Source of the DNA: a virus
DNA length: 48,996 bases
Virus record (IMG/VR): IMGVR_UViG_3300037873_000028
Location: 1-48,996 of that record
Reading direction: 5' to 3' (one strand)
The position numbers were made by a program, and so were the translations under genes. Positions 21,441 through 30,564 of the stretch are shown here, in pieces. The first letter of the stretch is position 1; each line of letters starts with the position of its first letter. The notes beneath the pieces were generated by a model. That model saw only the letters and a program-made list of their open reading frames with translations. It made no database searches and had not been told where the DNA came from.

Positions 21441-21800
21441 ATGCCCATGGTGCCGTGCCTTGACTGTGGGGGCCTTGTCGACAAGGGGGTGGCTCAGCGC
21501 GGGGGCCGGCGCAAGCGGCAGTCCGGCCGCTGCCCACGCTGCGCCACTCACCGACCCGTGATCAGCAGCGCCGAGACGCGACGTCGAGCCCGGGCGGTGG
21601 CTGAACACCGGGGGCGGGTCGGTAACTGGTGTCCCGGGTGGGGACGACCACCCCACCGGGCCGTGGACCTGACCGCTGATCACGTGATCGCGGTGGCGGC
21701 CGGAGGCACGGAGGCAGGCGTCCTGACTGTGCTGTGCCGACCATGCAACTCAAGCAAGAAAGCCCAGGTCAGGACGGGGAGTACCCGGGGGGCGGGGTGA
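21441..21800 (+). CDS. HNH endonuclease (terminase-associated type, 119 aa)
   Basis: N-terminal CLDCG...CPRC and DLTADHVIAVAAGGTEAGVLTVLCRPCNSSK (H-N-N/H motif). Sits immediately upstream of the small terminase. Confidence 0.85.
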   Translation: MPMVPCLDCGGLVDKGVAQRGGRRKRQSGRCPRCATHRPVISSAETRRRARAVAEHRGRVGNWCPGWGRPPHRAVDLTADHVIAVAAGGTEAGVLTVLCRPCNSSKKAQVRTGSTRGAG

Positions 21801-21882
21801 CAACGTAAGTCCGACATGTCCGATATAGGACCCTCGACCCTGTCTCGCTATCTGTACGGGTTCCCTCGGGGGAGGTGGGTCG
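21801..21882. other. Candidate cos / packaging-signal region
   Basis: 82-bp gap between HNH and terS with locally lower GC (acgtaagtccgacatgtccgatatagga). The position matches HNH-dependent cos phages. No ends can be determined from sequence alone. Confidence 0.3.
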
Positions 21883-22287
21883 ATGCCTGGTCCGCCACCG
21901 AAGGTCGACCCGATTCGGCGTAACGCGCGGACCGCGCCGCTGAAGCTTCCGAGCGAGGGTCGGAAGGGGCCTCCACCGCGGTGGCCGCTGCCGGGGCGCC
22001 GCCGCGCCGGGGAGGCTGCGTTGTGGTCGGACCTCTGGGCGACCCCGCAAGCTGTCGCGTGGGAGCGGCTGGGGTGGACCCGGGTGGTGGCCCGATACTG
22101 CCGGGTCGTTCTGGTCGCCGAGTCTCTGGACAGGGACGCTTTGGCGGAGGCCCGCCAGCTTGAGGACCGGCTGGGTCTGACCCCGAAGTCGATGCGCATG
22201 CTGCTGTGGGAGATCGTGCCCGATGAGGTGGGACACCGCCGCGAGGCGGCCTCCGGTGCGCGGGGGCGGATCCGGGCGGTCGGCTGA
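21883..22287 (+). CDS. terS: Terminase small subunit
   Basis: The MPGPPPKVDPIRRN... N-terminus is typical of actinophage small terminases. Position is directly upstream of, and overlapping, terL. Confidence 0.75.
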   Translation: MPGPPPKVDPIRRNARTAPLKLPSEGRKGPPPRWPLPGRRRAGEAALWSDLWATPQAVAWERLGWTRVVARYCRVVLVAESLDRDALAEARQLEDRLGLTPKSMRMLLWEIVPDEVGHRREAASGARGRIRAVG

Positions 22288-23891
22288 TGCCGTGGCGCGG
22301 TCCGGAGTCCGAGGGTGAGTTCCCGACCCTGGGCTACGACGTCGGCGAGTGGATCGAGGCGCACTGCGTCATACCGGACGGCTACCGGCAGGGGCACCCG
22401 TTCCTGCTCACCGATGAGATGTGGCGGTTCCTGCTCAAGTTCTACCGGCTTGACCTGGAGGCTGAGCCGTGGCCCGGACCGGTCGGGTTGGCGTACACCG
22501 GCGGGCAGCTGCGCCGGAGTCAGAAGTGGGGCAAAGACCCGTTCGGCGCGGCGATCTGCTGGGCCGAGGCGCTGGGACCAACCCGGTTCACCGGGTGGAA
22601 CGCGGCCGGGGAGCCGGTGGGCGCACCGTACCCGACGCCGCTGATTGTCCAGTTGGGCACGTCGGAGGACCAGACCGACAACACATGGCGGCCGACATTG
22701 GCGATGGCTCGCCGCGGGCCGCTGGTTGACCATCCGAGCATCCGGGAGATCGGCGAGACGAAGGTCGACCTGGCGTCCGGTGGCCGGATCGAGCCGGCGA
22801 CCACTTCGGCGAGGGCGCGCCTGGGTGCGCCAATGTCGTTCGTGTCGATCACCGAGTCGGGACTGTTCACCCTGCAGGGCGGGTTCCGGCGGGTGTGCGG
22901 TGCGGTGAAGCGGAACGTGGCCGGGATGGACGGCCGCTGGTTGGAGCTGACCAACGCGTGGGACCCCACCGAGGGTAGCGAGGCCCAGGTCACCGCCGAC
23001 TCGGGCGACTCGGACGTGCTGCTCGATAACGTCGAGCCCCGCCGGGTCGATGACCTGTCCGACGACACCGTTCTGTACCGGGAGCTGCTTCGCCAATACG
23101 GCGACTCGGCCCGTGAGCGTGGCGGTTGGGTCAACGTCAAGGGCCGGATGCTGTCGGAGTGCCGCAGCAGCCGGCACCTGGAGGCGGACCGGCGCCGGTT
23201 CTTCCTGAACGAGATCGTCGTCGGGCAGTCGGCGTTCGTCGACCCGATAAAGTGGGACCTGTTCGGCTACGATGACCAGACGCTGACCAAGGCGGAGCCG
23301 ATCGCGCTGGGTTTCGACGGGTCGAAGTACCGGGATGCGACCGCGTTGGTGGCATCCCGGATCTCCGACGGCAGGCTGTTCGAGGTACGGATCTGGCAAC
23401 GTCCGGCGAAGGCGCCACTGGATTGGCGGGTTCCGTCGCGCGAGGTCGACCAGGCGGTCCGCGACTGTTTCGACGCGTACGTGGTGGCGGTGCTGTTCGC
23501 CGACCCGTACCGCTGGCAGGACTATCTGGATGTCTGGTCTGCGAAGTGGCCGGACCGGGTGGTGGAGTTCTCAACCAACGTCGAGCAGCGGATGGACCGG
23601 GCGATCGAGCGCTTCACCACCGCGTTCGGTTCCGGGGAGATCACCCACGCAAGCAGTGAGCTGCTGACCAGGCATGCCAAGAACGCGGTCCTGGTGAAGG
23701 GGTCCCGCCGGAAGCCTCGACCGGGTGAGGAAGAGCTACTGGCCACGCACTATCTGAGGCTGGCCAAGCGCGGCGACAAGCTGCTGATTGACGGGGCGGT
23801 GGCGGCGGTGCTGGCTCATGAGGCGCGGGCGCATGCGATCGAGCACGACATGGTGCCCAAGGAGTCGACGTTCTTCGGAGCCTGGCGATAG
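22287..23891 (+). CDS. terL: Terminase large subunit (534 aa)
   Basis: Size, position, and a Walker-A-like QLRRSQKWGKD. An acidic nuclease-type C-terminal half fits typical terL architecture. The start overlaps the terS stop (TGATG). Confidence 0.9.
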   Translation: MPWRGPESEGEFPTLGYDVGEWIEAHCVIPDGYRQGHPFLLTDEMWRFLLKFYRLDLEAEPWPGPVGLAYTGGQLRRSQKWGKDPFGAAICWAEALGPTRFTGWNAAGEPVGAPYPTPLIVQLGTSEDQTDNTWRPTLAMARRGPLVDHPSIREIGETKVDLASGGRIEPATTSARARLGAPMSFVSITESGLFTLQGGFRRVCGAVKRNVAGMDGRWLELTNAWDPTEGSEAQVTADSGDSDVLLDNVEPRRVDDLSDDTVLYRELLRQYGDSARERGGWVNVKGRMLSECRSSRHLEADRRRFFLNEIVVGQSAFVDPIKWDLFGYDDQTLTKAEPIALGFDGSKYRDATALVASRISDGRLFEVRIWQRPAKAPLDWRVPSREVDQAVRDCFDAYVVAVLFADPYRWQDYLDVWSAKWPDRVVEFSTNVEQRMDRAIERFTTAFGSGEITHASSELLTRHAKNAVLVKGSRRKPRPGEEELLATHYLRLAKRGDKLLIDGAVAAVLAHEARAHAIEHDMVPKESTFFGAWR

Positions 23892-23900
23892 GGAGATCAG

Positions 23901-24122
23901 ATGACGGTCCTGGAGCGGGTTCCGGTGGAGCGGATCGTCGAGCAGGCTCGGGCGGTCGACCTTGGCCGGCTGCTGCTGGCGATCGCGCTTGCGCCGCTGT
24001 ACGCGGTCGGGTGGCTGGGTGGTAAGGCACTGCTGGCGCTGGCGGTGGCTGGAACGACGGTGAAGCTTGGTTGGCAGGATGCCCGCGGGGTGACGGGTGT
24101 CGAGCGTGGGCCTGGTCGATAG
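23901..24122 (+). CDS. Small membrane protein (73 aa)
   Basis: LLLAIALAPLYAVGWLGGKALLALAVAG. Overlaps the predicted portal start by 26 nt. Confidence 0.45.
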   Translation: MTVLERVPVERIVEQARAVDLGRLLLAIALAPLYAVGWLGGKALLALAVAGTTVKLGWQDARGVTGVERGPGR

Positions 24123-25485
24123 GGTCGCCGCTGCGCGGCGGCCGAGATCGGACGAGGGCAGGTTCGGCGTCGATCAGTGGATCGGCGAGTACCTGGTGCC
24201 CGCGTTCAGCTACAACGGCGCGTCGTACCCGTACGGGTACGGCCAGCAGTCCAACCGGACTCAGGAGGTCGCATCGACGCTGCCGGCGTACTCGGCGGCG
24301 CTGCGGCGGTGCCCGCCGGCGTTCGCCGCTCAGATGAAGCGGGCGATGGTGTTGAGCCAGGCCCGGTTCCGGTTCAGGAACCCGCCGTGGCATCCGTCCA
24401 CCCCGCGGCGCACCTTCGGCACTTCGGCGCTGTCGATCCTGGAGCGCCCGTGGACGAACGCCACCACGGGCGAGCTGCTGTCGCGGATGGAGTGGCACGC
24501 CGGGCTGGCCGGCAGCTCGTATGTGGCCCGGCAGGGCCGGCGGCTGCGGGTGCTGCGGCCGGACTACACCGCGGTGCTGTACGGCTCGGAGCGCGAGCCG
24601 GACGACCCGATGCACGCGCTGGACGGCGAGATCATCGGGTATGTCTACCAGAACGGCGGTATTCGGGCTGGCAGCGACGCCCCGGCGGAAACCCTGCTGC
24701 CGGGCGACGTCGCGCACTGGTCCCCGATCCCGGACCCCGAGTCGCCGGCGATGGGCATGTCCTGGGTCACCGCGGCGTTGCGGGAGATTCAGGGCGACCG
24801 GGCCGCGACCGAGCACAAGCTGCAGTTCTTCGCCAACGGGGCGACGCCGAGCATGGTGGTCAAGGGCATACCGGCAGTCACCAAAGCCCAGTTTGACGAG
24901 CTGGTCGACATGATGGAGTCCCGCCACGCCGGGGTTCGTAACGCATACCGCACCCTCTATCTGACCGCGGGCGCGGACGCCACGGTCGTCGGCGCCGACC
25001 TGAAGCAGTTGGACTTCAAGGCGACCCAGGGCGCCGGGGAGACGCGCATCGCGCTGCTGGGTGGGGTTCCGGCGGTGCTGCTGGGCATCTCCGAGGGTAT
25101 GCAGGGCAGCTCGTTGAACGCGGGTAACTTCGGCATGGCCCGGCGGATCTTCGCCGACATGTGGTTGTACCCGACGCTGCAGGATGTGGCGGCCGCACTG
25201 TCCCCGGTGGTGGACGTCCCTGGCGACGCCGAGCTGTGGTTTGACACGGCGGACATCCCGCTGCTGCGTGAGGACGGCAAGGACGCGGCGGACATCGAGC
25301 AGGTGAAGGGCGCCACCGTGACGGCGTACGTCCGGGAGGGCTTCACCGCCGAGTCGGCGGTGAGAGCAGTCAATGCCGGAGACATCACCCTGCTTCAGCA
25401 CACCGGCAACGTGTCCGTGCAGCTGCAGCCGCCGGGTACGCCGCCCGCACCTACAGGAGGTCCCGATGCAGGCACCACAGATTGA
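24097..25485 (+). CDS. Portal protein (HK97-family type, 462 aa)
   Basis: Size and position after terL and before the protease. GC3 is high. GTG start. Confidence 0.85.
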   Translation: MSSVGLVDRVAAARRPRSDEGRFGVDQWIGEYLVPAFSYNGASYPYGYGQQSNRTQEVASTLPAYSAALRRCPPAFAAQMKRAMVLSQARFRFRNPPWHPSTPRRTFGTSALSILERPWTNATTGELLSRMEWHAGLAGSSYVARQGRRLRVLRPDYTAVLYGSEREPDDPMHALDGEIIGYVYQNGGIRAGSDAPAETLLPGDVAHWSPIPDPESPAMGMSWVTAALREIQGDRAATEHKLQFFANGATPSMVVKGIPAVTKAQFDELVDMMESRHAGVRNAYRTLYLTAGADATVVGADLKQLDFKATQGAGETRIALLGGVPAVLLGISEGMQGSSLNAGNFGMARRIFADMWLYPTLQDVAAALSPVVDVPGDAELWFDTADIPLLREDGKDAADIEQVKGATVTAYVREGFTAESAVRAVNAGDITLLQHTGNVSVQLQPPGTPPAPTGGPDAGTTD

Positions 25486-26245
25486 CCTGGTGCGTGGTGT
25501 ATCACTCACGCCCGAGCTTCGTGCCGAAGATGGTGACGGTGATGGGCCACTCGGCACCCTGTCCGGCTTCTTTTCGGTGTTCAACGTCTGGTACGAGGTG
25601 GACAGCCTGTGGGAGGGGAAGTTCCTGGAGCACGTTGCCCCCGGTGCCTTCGCCCAGACTATCGAAGAAGACCGCGACTCGATGCGGGTCCTGTTCGACC
25701 ACGGTTTTGACTCGATCGGCAACAAGGTGCTCGGGCCGATCGAGGTCTTGGAGGAGCGGGCTAAGGGGCCGTACTACGAGGTCCCGCTGTTCGACACCAG
25801 CTACAACCGGGACCTACTGCCTGGGCTGCGGGCTGGCGTGTACGGCGCCAGCTTCCGGATGCGGGTGCTGGAGGAGTCGTGGGCGGATGAGCCGAAGCCG
25901 TCGCGGCGCAACCCGAAGGGCATCCCGGAGCGCACCATCCTGCGCACCAAGACGATGGAGTTCGGTCCGGTTACGTTCCCGGCCAACCCAAAGGCATCGG
26001 CCGCCGTCCGGTCGTTGACCGACTCCTACTACGACCGGCTGCGCCAGCGTGACGCCAGCGCCTTTGAGGCTGCGGTGCGCGCCGCAGGCCGGTCAATCCC
26101 AGACCTCACCGGGCGACCCGGCGCGCGGAGCGCGGGTGGCGGTGACCGTGACGTGGAGCCCAGCAGTGGCTTGGCGTCGCCTGTCCACTCAACCCAACAG
26201 CGCCTCGATGATGGGGCACTGCGACTGCGAAGGATCAAGCAATGA
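25466..26245 (+). CDS. Prohead (maturation) protease, HK97/S78-like
   Basis: ATG after ACAGGAGG. VLFDHGFDSIGNKVLG and the position between portal and capsid support the call. Confidence 0.8.
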   Translation: MQAPQIDLVRGVSLTPELRAEDGDGDGPLGTLSGFFSVFNVWYEVDSLWEGKFLEHVAPGAFAQTIEEDRDSMRVLFDHGFDSIGNKVLGPIEVLEERAKGPYYEVPLFDTSYNRDLLPGLRAGVYGASFRMRVLEESWADEPKPSRRNPKGIPERTILRTKTMEFGPVTFPANPKASAAVRSLTDSYYDRLRQRDASAFEAAVRAAGRSIPDLTGRPGARSAGGGDRDVEPSSGLASPVHSTQQRLDDGALRLRRIKQ

Positions 26246-27732
26246 GTGACGACAACGGTGTCACCATCCTGGACGAGCTCCGCGACAAGGACGCGAGCAC
26301 GCTCGACGAGGGGACGCCTGACGAGCTACGGGGCAAGACGCCTGACGAGCTGGCCAAGTACGTGGAGGTGCTTGACGCACACCTGCGCAGCATCCACCAG
26401 ACCGACGAGGGCGAGCTGCGCGAGAAGACCGCCGAGGAGCAGGCCGCGTTCAACTACGGCCTGAGGCTGCGGGATCTCGCCATCACCAAGGTGGAGGAGC
26501 ACCGGAAGATCCAGGAGATCTTCCGCCGTAAGCCGAAGGCGGTCGAGCGGGCCTTGGCCCGGATCAACTACGGCGACGACATGCTCGGTGACGTGCGGCG
26601 GATGTCCACTGCGGAGGCCCGTGACGCTGCGCTGAGGCAGGTGGAGAACCGGGTCGCTACCATGCACCTGACGGACAACCAGAAGGCGCAGATCCAGCGG
26701 AAGATCCGCCGGGACACCGACGTCGCGCGGCGGCTGTTGGTGACCGAGAACGACGACTACCGCAGCGCGTTCGTCAAGCTGGTGACTGACACCCACCCGT
26801 TCCTGACCCAGGATGAGCACCGGGCGGTCCAGGCGTTCAAGGAGTACCGGGCGATGGCCGAGGGCACCGGGTCCACCGGAGGGTTCGGAATTCCGGTGTT
26901 CATCGACCCGTCGATCATCCTGACTGACCAAGAGTCCGGCAACCCGTTCCTGACCCTGGCCCGGCAGGTGACGGTCACCACTAACGCATGGAAGGGCGTG
27001 TCCGCGGCCGGGGTTAGCTGGTCGTTCGACCCGGAAGCCTCAGAGGTGTCCGACGACGATGTGACGCTAGCCCAGCCGGAGGTGGACGTTCACACGGCGC
27101 GCGGGTTCATCCCCTACTCGATCGAGGTGGGCGACGACTATCCGATGTTCGCCGACGAGATGTCCCGGCTCCTGGGGGCCGGCTATGACGAGCTGCTGGT
27201 GGACAAGTTCTCCCGCGGTTCCGGCGCCGGTGAGCCGGACGGGATCCTCACCGCGCTGGACCGGTCCACGTCGGGCGCGGAGGTGCTGCTGACCACGGCG
27301 GGCACGCTCGGCGACATCGATGTCTACAACGTGTGGTCGCGGCTGCCGGCGAAGTACCGCCGTCGGGCGGCGTGGATGATGTCGATCGACGTGAACACGG
27401 CCATTCAGCGGTTCGGCACCGCGGATGCCTGGCACGCGGTGACCCGGCAGCTGCCGGATCCGGCGATCGACGTGCTGCGGGGCAAGCTGGTGTACGAGTC
27501 CAGCTACTTCCCGGACTTCGACGCGACCACCGGCCATCAGAATGTTCTGGTGGTGGGTGACTGGCAGAACTACGTCGTCGCGCGCCGGTCGGGGATGACC
27601 GTCGAGCTCGTGCCGCATCTGTTCGGTACGACCAATGGACTGCCGACCGGGCAGCGTGGCTGGTTCGCGTGGGCGCGGATCGGTGGCGGGGCGAGCAACA
27701 CCGCCGGCTTCCGGCTGCTGAACCAGACCTGA
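26242..27732 (+). CDS. Major capsid protein, HK97 fold, with an N-terminal delta/scaffold-like domain (496 aa)
   Basis: ATGA overlap with the protease. The coiled-coil-like first ~190 aa is followed by TGSTGGFGIPVFIDPSIIL, typical of HK97-family capsids. Confidence 0.9.
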   Translation: MSDDNGVTILDELRDKDASTLDEGTPDELRGKTPDELAKYVEVLDAHLRSIHQTDEGELREKTAEEQAAFNYGLRLRDLAITKVEEHRKIQEIFRRKPKAVERALARINYGDDMLGDVRRMSTAEARDAALRQVENRVATMHLTDNQKAQIQRKIRRDTDVARRLLVTENDDYRSAFVKLVTDTHPFLTQDEHRAVQAFKEYRAMAEGTGSTGGFGIPVFIDPSIILTDQESGNPFLTLARQVTVTTNAWKGVSAAGVSWSFDPEASEVSDDDVTLAQPEVDVHTARGFIPYSIEVGDDYPMFADEMSRLLGAGYDELLVDKFSRGSGAGEPDGILTALDRSTSGAEVLLTTAGTLGDIDVYNVWSRLPAKYRRRAAWMMSIDVNTAIQRFGTADAWHAVTRQLPDPAIDVLRGKLVYESSYFPDFDATTGHQNVLVVGDWQNYVVARRSGMTVELVPHLFGTTNGLPTGQRGWFAWARIGGGASNTAGFRLLNQT

Positions 27733-27745
27733 TGACAGGCAGTGT

Positions 27746-27775
27746 GGCCCCGGGGCCTTCCCTGCTCCCGGGGCT
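27746..27775 (+). terminator. GC-rich hairpin downstream of the capsid gene
   Basis: GCCCCGGG (27747-54) pairs with CCCGGGGC (27767-74). There is no U-tract, which is common in actinobacteria. Confidence 0.45.
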
Positions 27776-27799
27776 GCACGCCGTAACCGAGGAGGTCTC

Positions 27800-28078
27800 A
27801 TGAATGTGGTCTACGCGCGGACCGGTAAGACCTGGGTGGTCGCGCCGGATGGCACGCGCGTCTGGGTTCACATCGGTCAGCACTGGCCGGCCGATGACCC
27901 GGTGGTCAAGAAGTACCCGGGCCTGTTCTCCGATGACCCTGCGGTCGGCCTGACGTTCTCGGTCACCCCGCGCCCGGACGCGCCGCCTCCGGTGGAGCAG
28001 GCCACGGCCGCGCCGGGTGAGCGCCGGGCGATCCGGCGCCCGCGCCGGACCACGGAGCCGGACCAGGTTGAGCAGTGA
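27800..28078 (+). CDS. Hypothetical protein (92 aa)
   Basis: ATG after GAGGAGG. GTGA overlap with the next gene. Confidence 0.55.
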   Translation: MNVVYARTGKTWVVAPDGTRVWVHIGQHWPADDPVVKKYPGLFSDDPAVGLTFSVTPRPDAPPPVEQATAAPGERRAIRRPRRTTEPDQVEQ

Positions 28079-29436
28079 CCGACTCCGTCACCGTGGCCTA
28101 CCTCCACCAGACCGACGTGGCCTACTCGTGGCACCGGTCGCTACTGGAGATGGTCGGGTATGACCTCGGCCGCCAATCCCGGATCATCCGCGGCGGCTGG
28201 ATGGGGATGCGGTGCGGTACCGGCGGGCTCGTCGAGGGCCGAAACGAACTGGTGCGGCGGTTCCTGGACGAGACTGACAGCCCGTGGCTGTGGTGGGTTG
28301 ACACGGACATGGGGTTTGCGCCGGACACGGTGGACCGGCTGATGGAGGTGGCGGACCCGGTCGACCGGCCGATAGTCGGGGGGCTGTGCTTCGCGTACAA
28401 GGAGGTGTCACCGGACGGCCTGGGCGGCTACCGGTGCGCTCCGCGGCCCACCATCTTCGACTGGGTCACGGAGGATGACGCGCAGGGGTTCCGAGGGCGC
28501 ACGACCTATCCGCCGAACACGGTGGTGCGGTGCGCCGGCACCGGTGCTGCCTGCGTGCTGGTGCACCGGGAGGTGCTGGAGAAGATCCGGGCCGAATTCG
28601 GGCCGCACTGGTATGACCGGGTTCCGGACTCCACCGGTGGGCTGATCAGTGAGGATCTCTCGTTCTGCGTGCGGGCCGGCGCGGTGGGCGTTGCGGTGCA
28701 CGTGCACACCGGCGTACGGACCGACCACCAGAAGACAACCTGGGTGGGCGAGGCGGACTACTGGCACCAGGCGGTCGCGCCGCCGGCGACCGAGCCGACT
28801 GCGGTGCTGGTGCCGGCGATCCGGCATGTCCACGCTCAGCGGTTCATGGACTCCTTGCGCGCGTCGACCGGCCTGGCGCGGGCGTACGCCGTGGCCCGTC
28901 CGGATGAGACCGAGGCGATCGCCGCGTGGAAGGCGGCCGGTGCCGAGGTGCTGGCCGGTGATGTCGCGACGTTCGCGGAGCGGATCAACCTGGCCTACCG
29001 GCAGACAGCCGAACCGTGGTTGCTGGTCGCCGGTGACGACGTGCTGTTCCGGCCGGGCTGGCTGGACCACGCGCAGGCGGTGGCCGGCGAGCGCTACCAC
29101 GTGGTCGGCACGAACGACCTGGCCAACTCCCGGGTGATGGCCGGCCACCACGCGACCCACATGCTGGTCCGCCGGTCGTACGTGGACGAGCTCGGCGGCG
29201 GGTGGGACGGGCCGGGCGCCGTGGCGCACGAGGGGTACCGGCATTGGTTCGTCGATGACGAGATCGTGACCGTGGCGAAGCAGCGTGGGGTGTGGGCTAT
29301 GGCGCTGGGTTCGGTCGTGGAGCACATGCACCCGATCGCGGGCAAGGCCCCGGATGATGAGGTCTACCGCCGCGGCCGAGAGTCGGCCGACGCCGACCGG
29401 GAGTTGTTCGCCGCACGGCTGGCCGCCAATGCTTGA
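28075..29436 (+). CDS. Two-domain GT-A-type glycosyltransferase (453 aa)
   Basis: Domain 1: PWLWWVDTDMGFAPDTVDRL (DxD) ... GTGAACVLVHREVL ... SEDLSFC. Domain 2: LLVAGDDVLFRPGWLD. Both match recalled GT2-like patterns. Confidence 0.7.
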   Translation: MTDSVTVAYLHQTDVAYSWHRSLLEMVGYDLGRQSRIIRGGWMGMRCGTGGLVEGRNELVRRFLDETDSPWLWWVDTDMGFAPDTVDRLMEVADPVDRPIVGGLCFAYKEVSPDGLGGYRCAPRPTIFDWVTEDDAQGFRGRTTYPPNTVVRCAGTGAACVLVHREVLEKIRAEFGPHWYDRVPDSTGGLISEDLSFCVRAGAVGVAVHVHTGVRTDHQKTTWVGEADYWHQAVAPPATEPTAVLVPAIRHVHAQRFMDSLRASTGLARAYAVARPDETEAIAAWKAAGAEVLAGDVATFAERINLAYRQTAEPWLLVAGDDVLFRPGWLDHAQAVAGERYHVVGTNDLANSRVMAGHHATHMLVRRSYVDELGGGWDGPGAVAHEGYRHWFVDDEIVTVAKQRGVWAMALGSVVEHMHPIAGKAPDDEVYRRGRESADADRELFAARLAANA

Positions 29437-30061
29437 CCGGGCCGAGCTTGACCGGCGGATCGCTACGGTGGACATGCCGGCGCCTCACGAGCCGTGGCAC
29501 ATCGCCACTTTCGTGGATGCGGTGCTGGCCGACCCGGCGCCGGGCGTGCTGGTGGAGTGCGGCGTCTACCGCGGGGTGTCGGCTGCGAAGTGGTCGCACC
29601 TGGCGGCCGCGCTGGGCCGGACACTATGGCTGTTCGACAGCTTCGCCGGCCTGCCGGCCAACAGCGAACGGCACAGGCGCAGCATCGACGACCGGTCGAT
29701 AGCCGGCATGTTCGGCGAGGGCGCTTACGCCGGGACGCTGGAGCAGGCGCAACACACGGTCTGCCGCTACGGCGTGCCAGAGGTGACCCGCTGGGCGCCG
29801 GGCTGGTTCGAGGCGACCCTGCCGGGGTTCCGCGAGCCGGTGGCCGCGGCCTACCTGGACGTCGACCTGGCCGAGTCCGCCACCACCTGCCTGAGGCACC
29901 TGTGGCCGCTGGTCACCCCGGGTGGCTGCATCGTGAGCCAGGATGGCGACTTTCCGCTGACCCTGGCCGCGATGCGGGAGTGGGCGGCCACGGCCGATCC
30001 GGTGCCGGTGGTTACCGGGCTCGGCGAGTCGAAGATGGTCGTGTTCCGGCGGCCGCTGTGA
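29429..30061 (+). CDS. TylF/MycF-type SAM-dependent O-methyltransferase (210 aa)
   Basis: GVLVECGVYRGVSAAK ... LWLFDSFAGLP ... YLDVDLAESATTCLRHLWPLVTPGGCIVSQDG is the macrocin-O-methyltransferase family pattern. Confidence 0.8.
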   Translation: MLDRAELDRRIATVDMPAPHEPWHIATFVDAVLADPAPGVLVECGVYRGVSAAKWSHLAAALGRTLWLFDSFAGLPANSERHRRSIDDRSIAGMFGEGAYAGTLEQAQHTVCRYGVPEVTRWAPGWFEATLPGFREPVAAAYLDVDLAESATTCLRHLWPLVTPGGCIVSQDGDFPLTLAAMREWAATADPVPVVTGLGESKMVVFRRPL

Positions 30062-30564
30062 TGCCGCCGCATGCGACCGAGGTCCTGGCCGCCGGTGCGG
30101 ATCTGCTCGACGGGTTGGGCGTTCACTGGTGGCTGTCGGCCGGCACTGCGCTGGGGGTGGTGCGTGACGGCCGGCTGATCCCGCATGACACCGATCTCGA
30201 CGTGGGTGTGCTGGACGACCCGCCGGGGGTGCTGGACCGGGTGCACCTGGCGTTCGCGACCGCCGGGTGGGTGTTGGCGCGGCTGATGCCGTACCAGCGC
30301 GCCCACCTGTCCCGGGGCGTGATCTTTGACGTCTACGCCTACCGCCGTGACGGCGACCGGCTGGTGGCGGACACCGACTGCGGCCGGTTGTCCAAGCCTG
30401 CTCACCTGTTCGCCGAGCTGACCTGGCTGGAGTTCGCCGGCCGGTGCTATCCGCTGCCATCGCCACCGTCCGAGTATCTGGAGGTGCGGTACGGTCCCGG
30501 CTGGCGGATGCCAGCCGGGACGAAGGGACCATGGCAGGCCGAGACGGCGGCGCTACGGCGATGA
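30061..30564 (+). CDS. LicD-family (phospho)transferase-like protein (167 aa)
   Basis: WWLSAGTALGVVRDGRLIPHDTDLDVGV matches the LicD GT(L)LG..R....IP.D.D.D motif. Confidence 0.65.
   Translation: MPPHATEVLAAGADLLDGLGVHWWLSAGTALGVVRDGRLIPHDTDLDVGVLDDPPGVLDRVHLAFATAGWVLARLMPYQRAHLSRGVIFDVYAYRRDGDRLVADTDCGRLSKPAHLFAELTWLEFAGRCYPLPSPPSEYLEVRYGPGWRMPAGTKGPWQAETAALRR

Noticed and set aside
21750-25725. Very long minus-strand ORFs (21750..23399, 549 aa; 23641..25725, 694 aa) opposite the terminase and portal genes
   Set aside because: Their translations are Arg/Pro/Gly-rich with no recognisable motifs. The + strand frames carry clear terminase and portal features and strong third-position GC bias. 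Such antisense shadow ORFs are expected in very GC-rich DNA.
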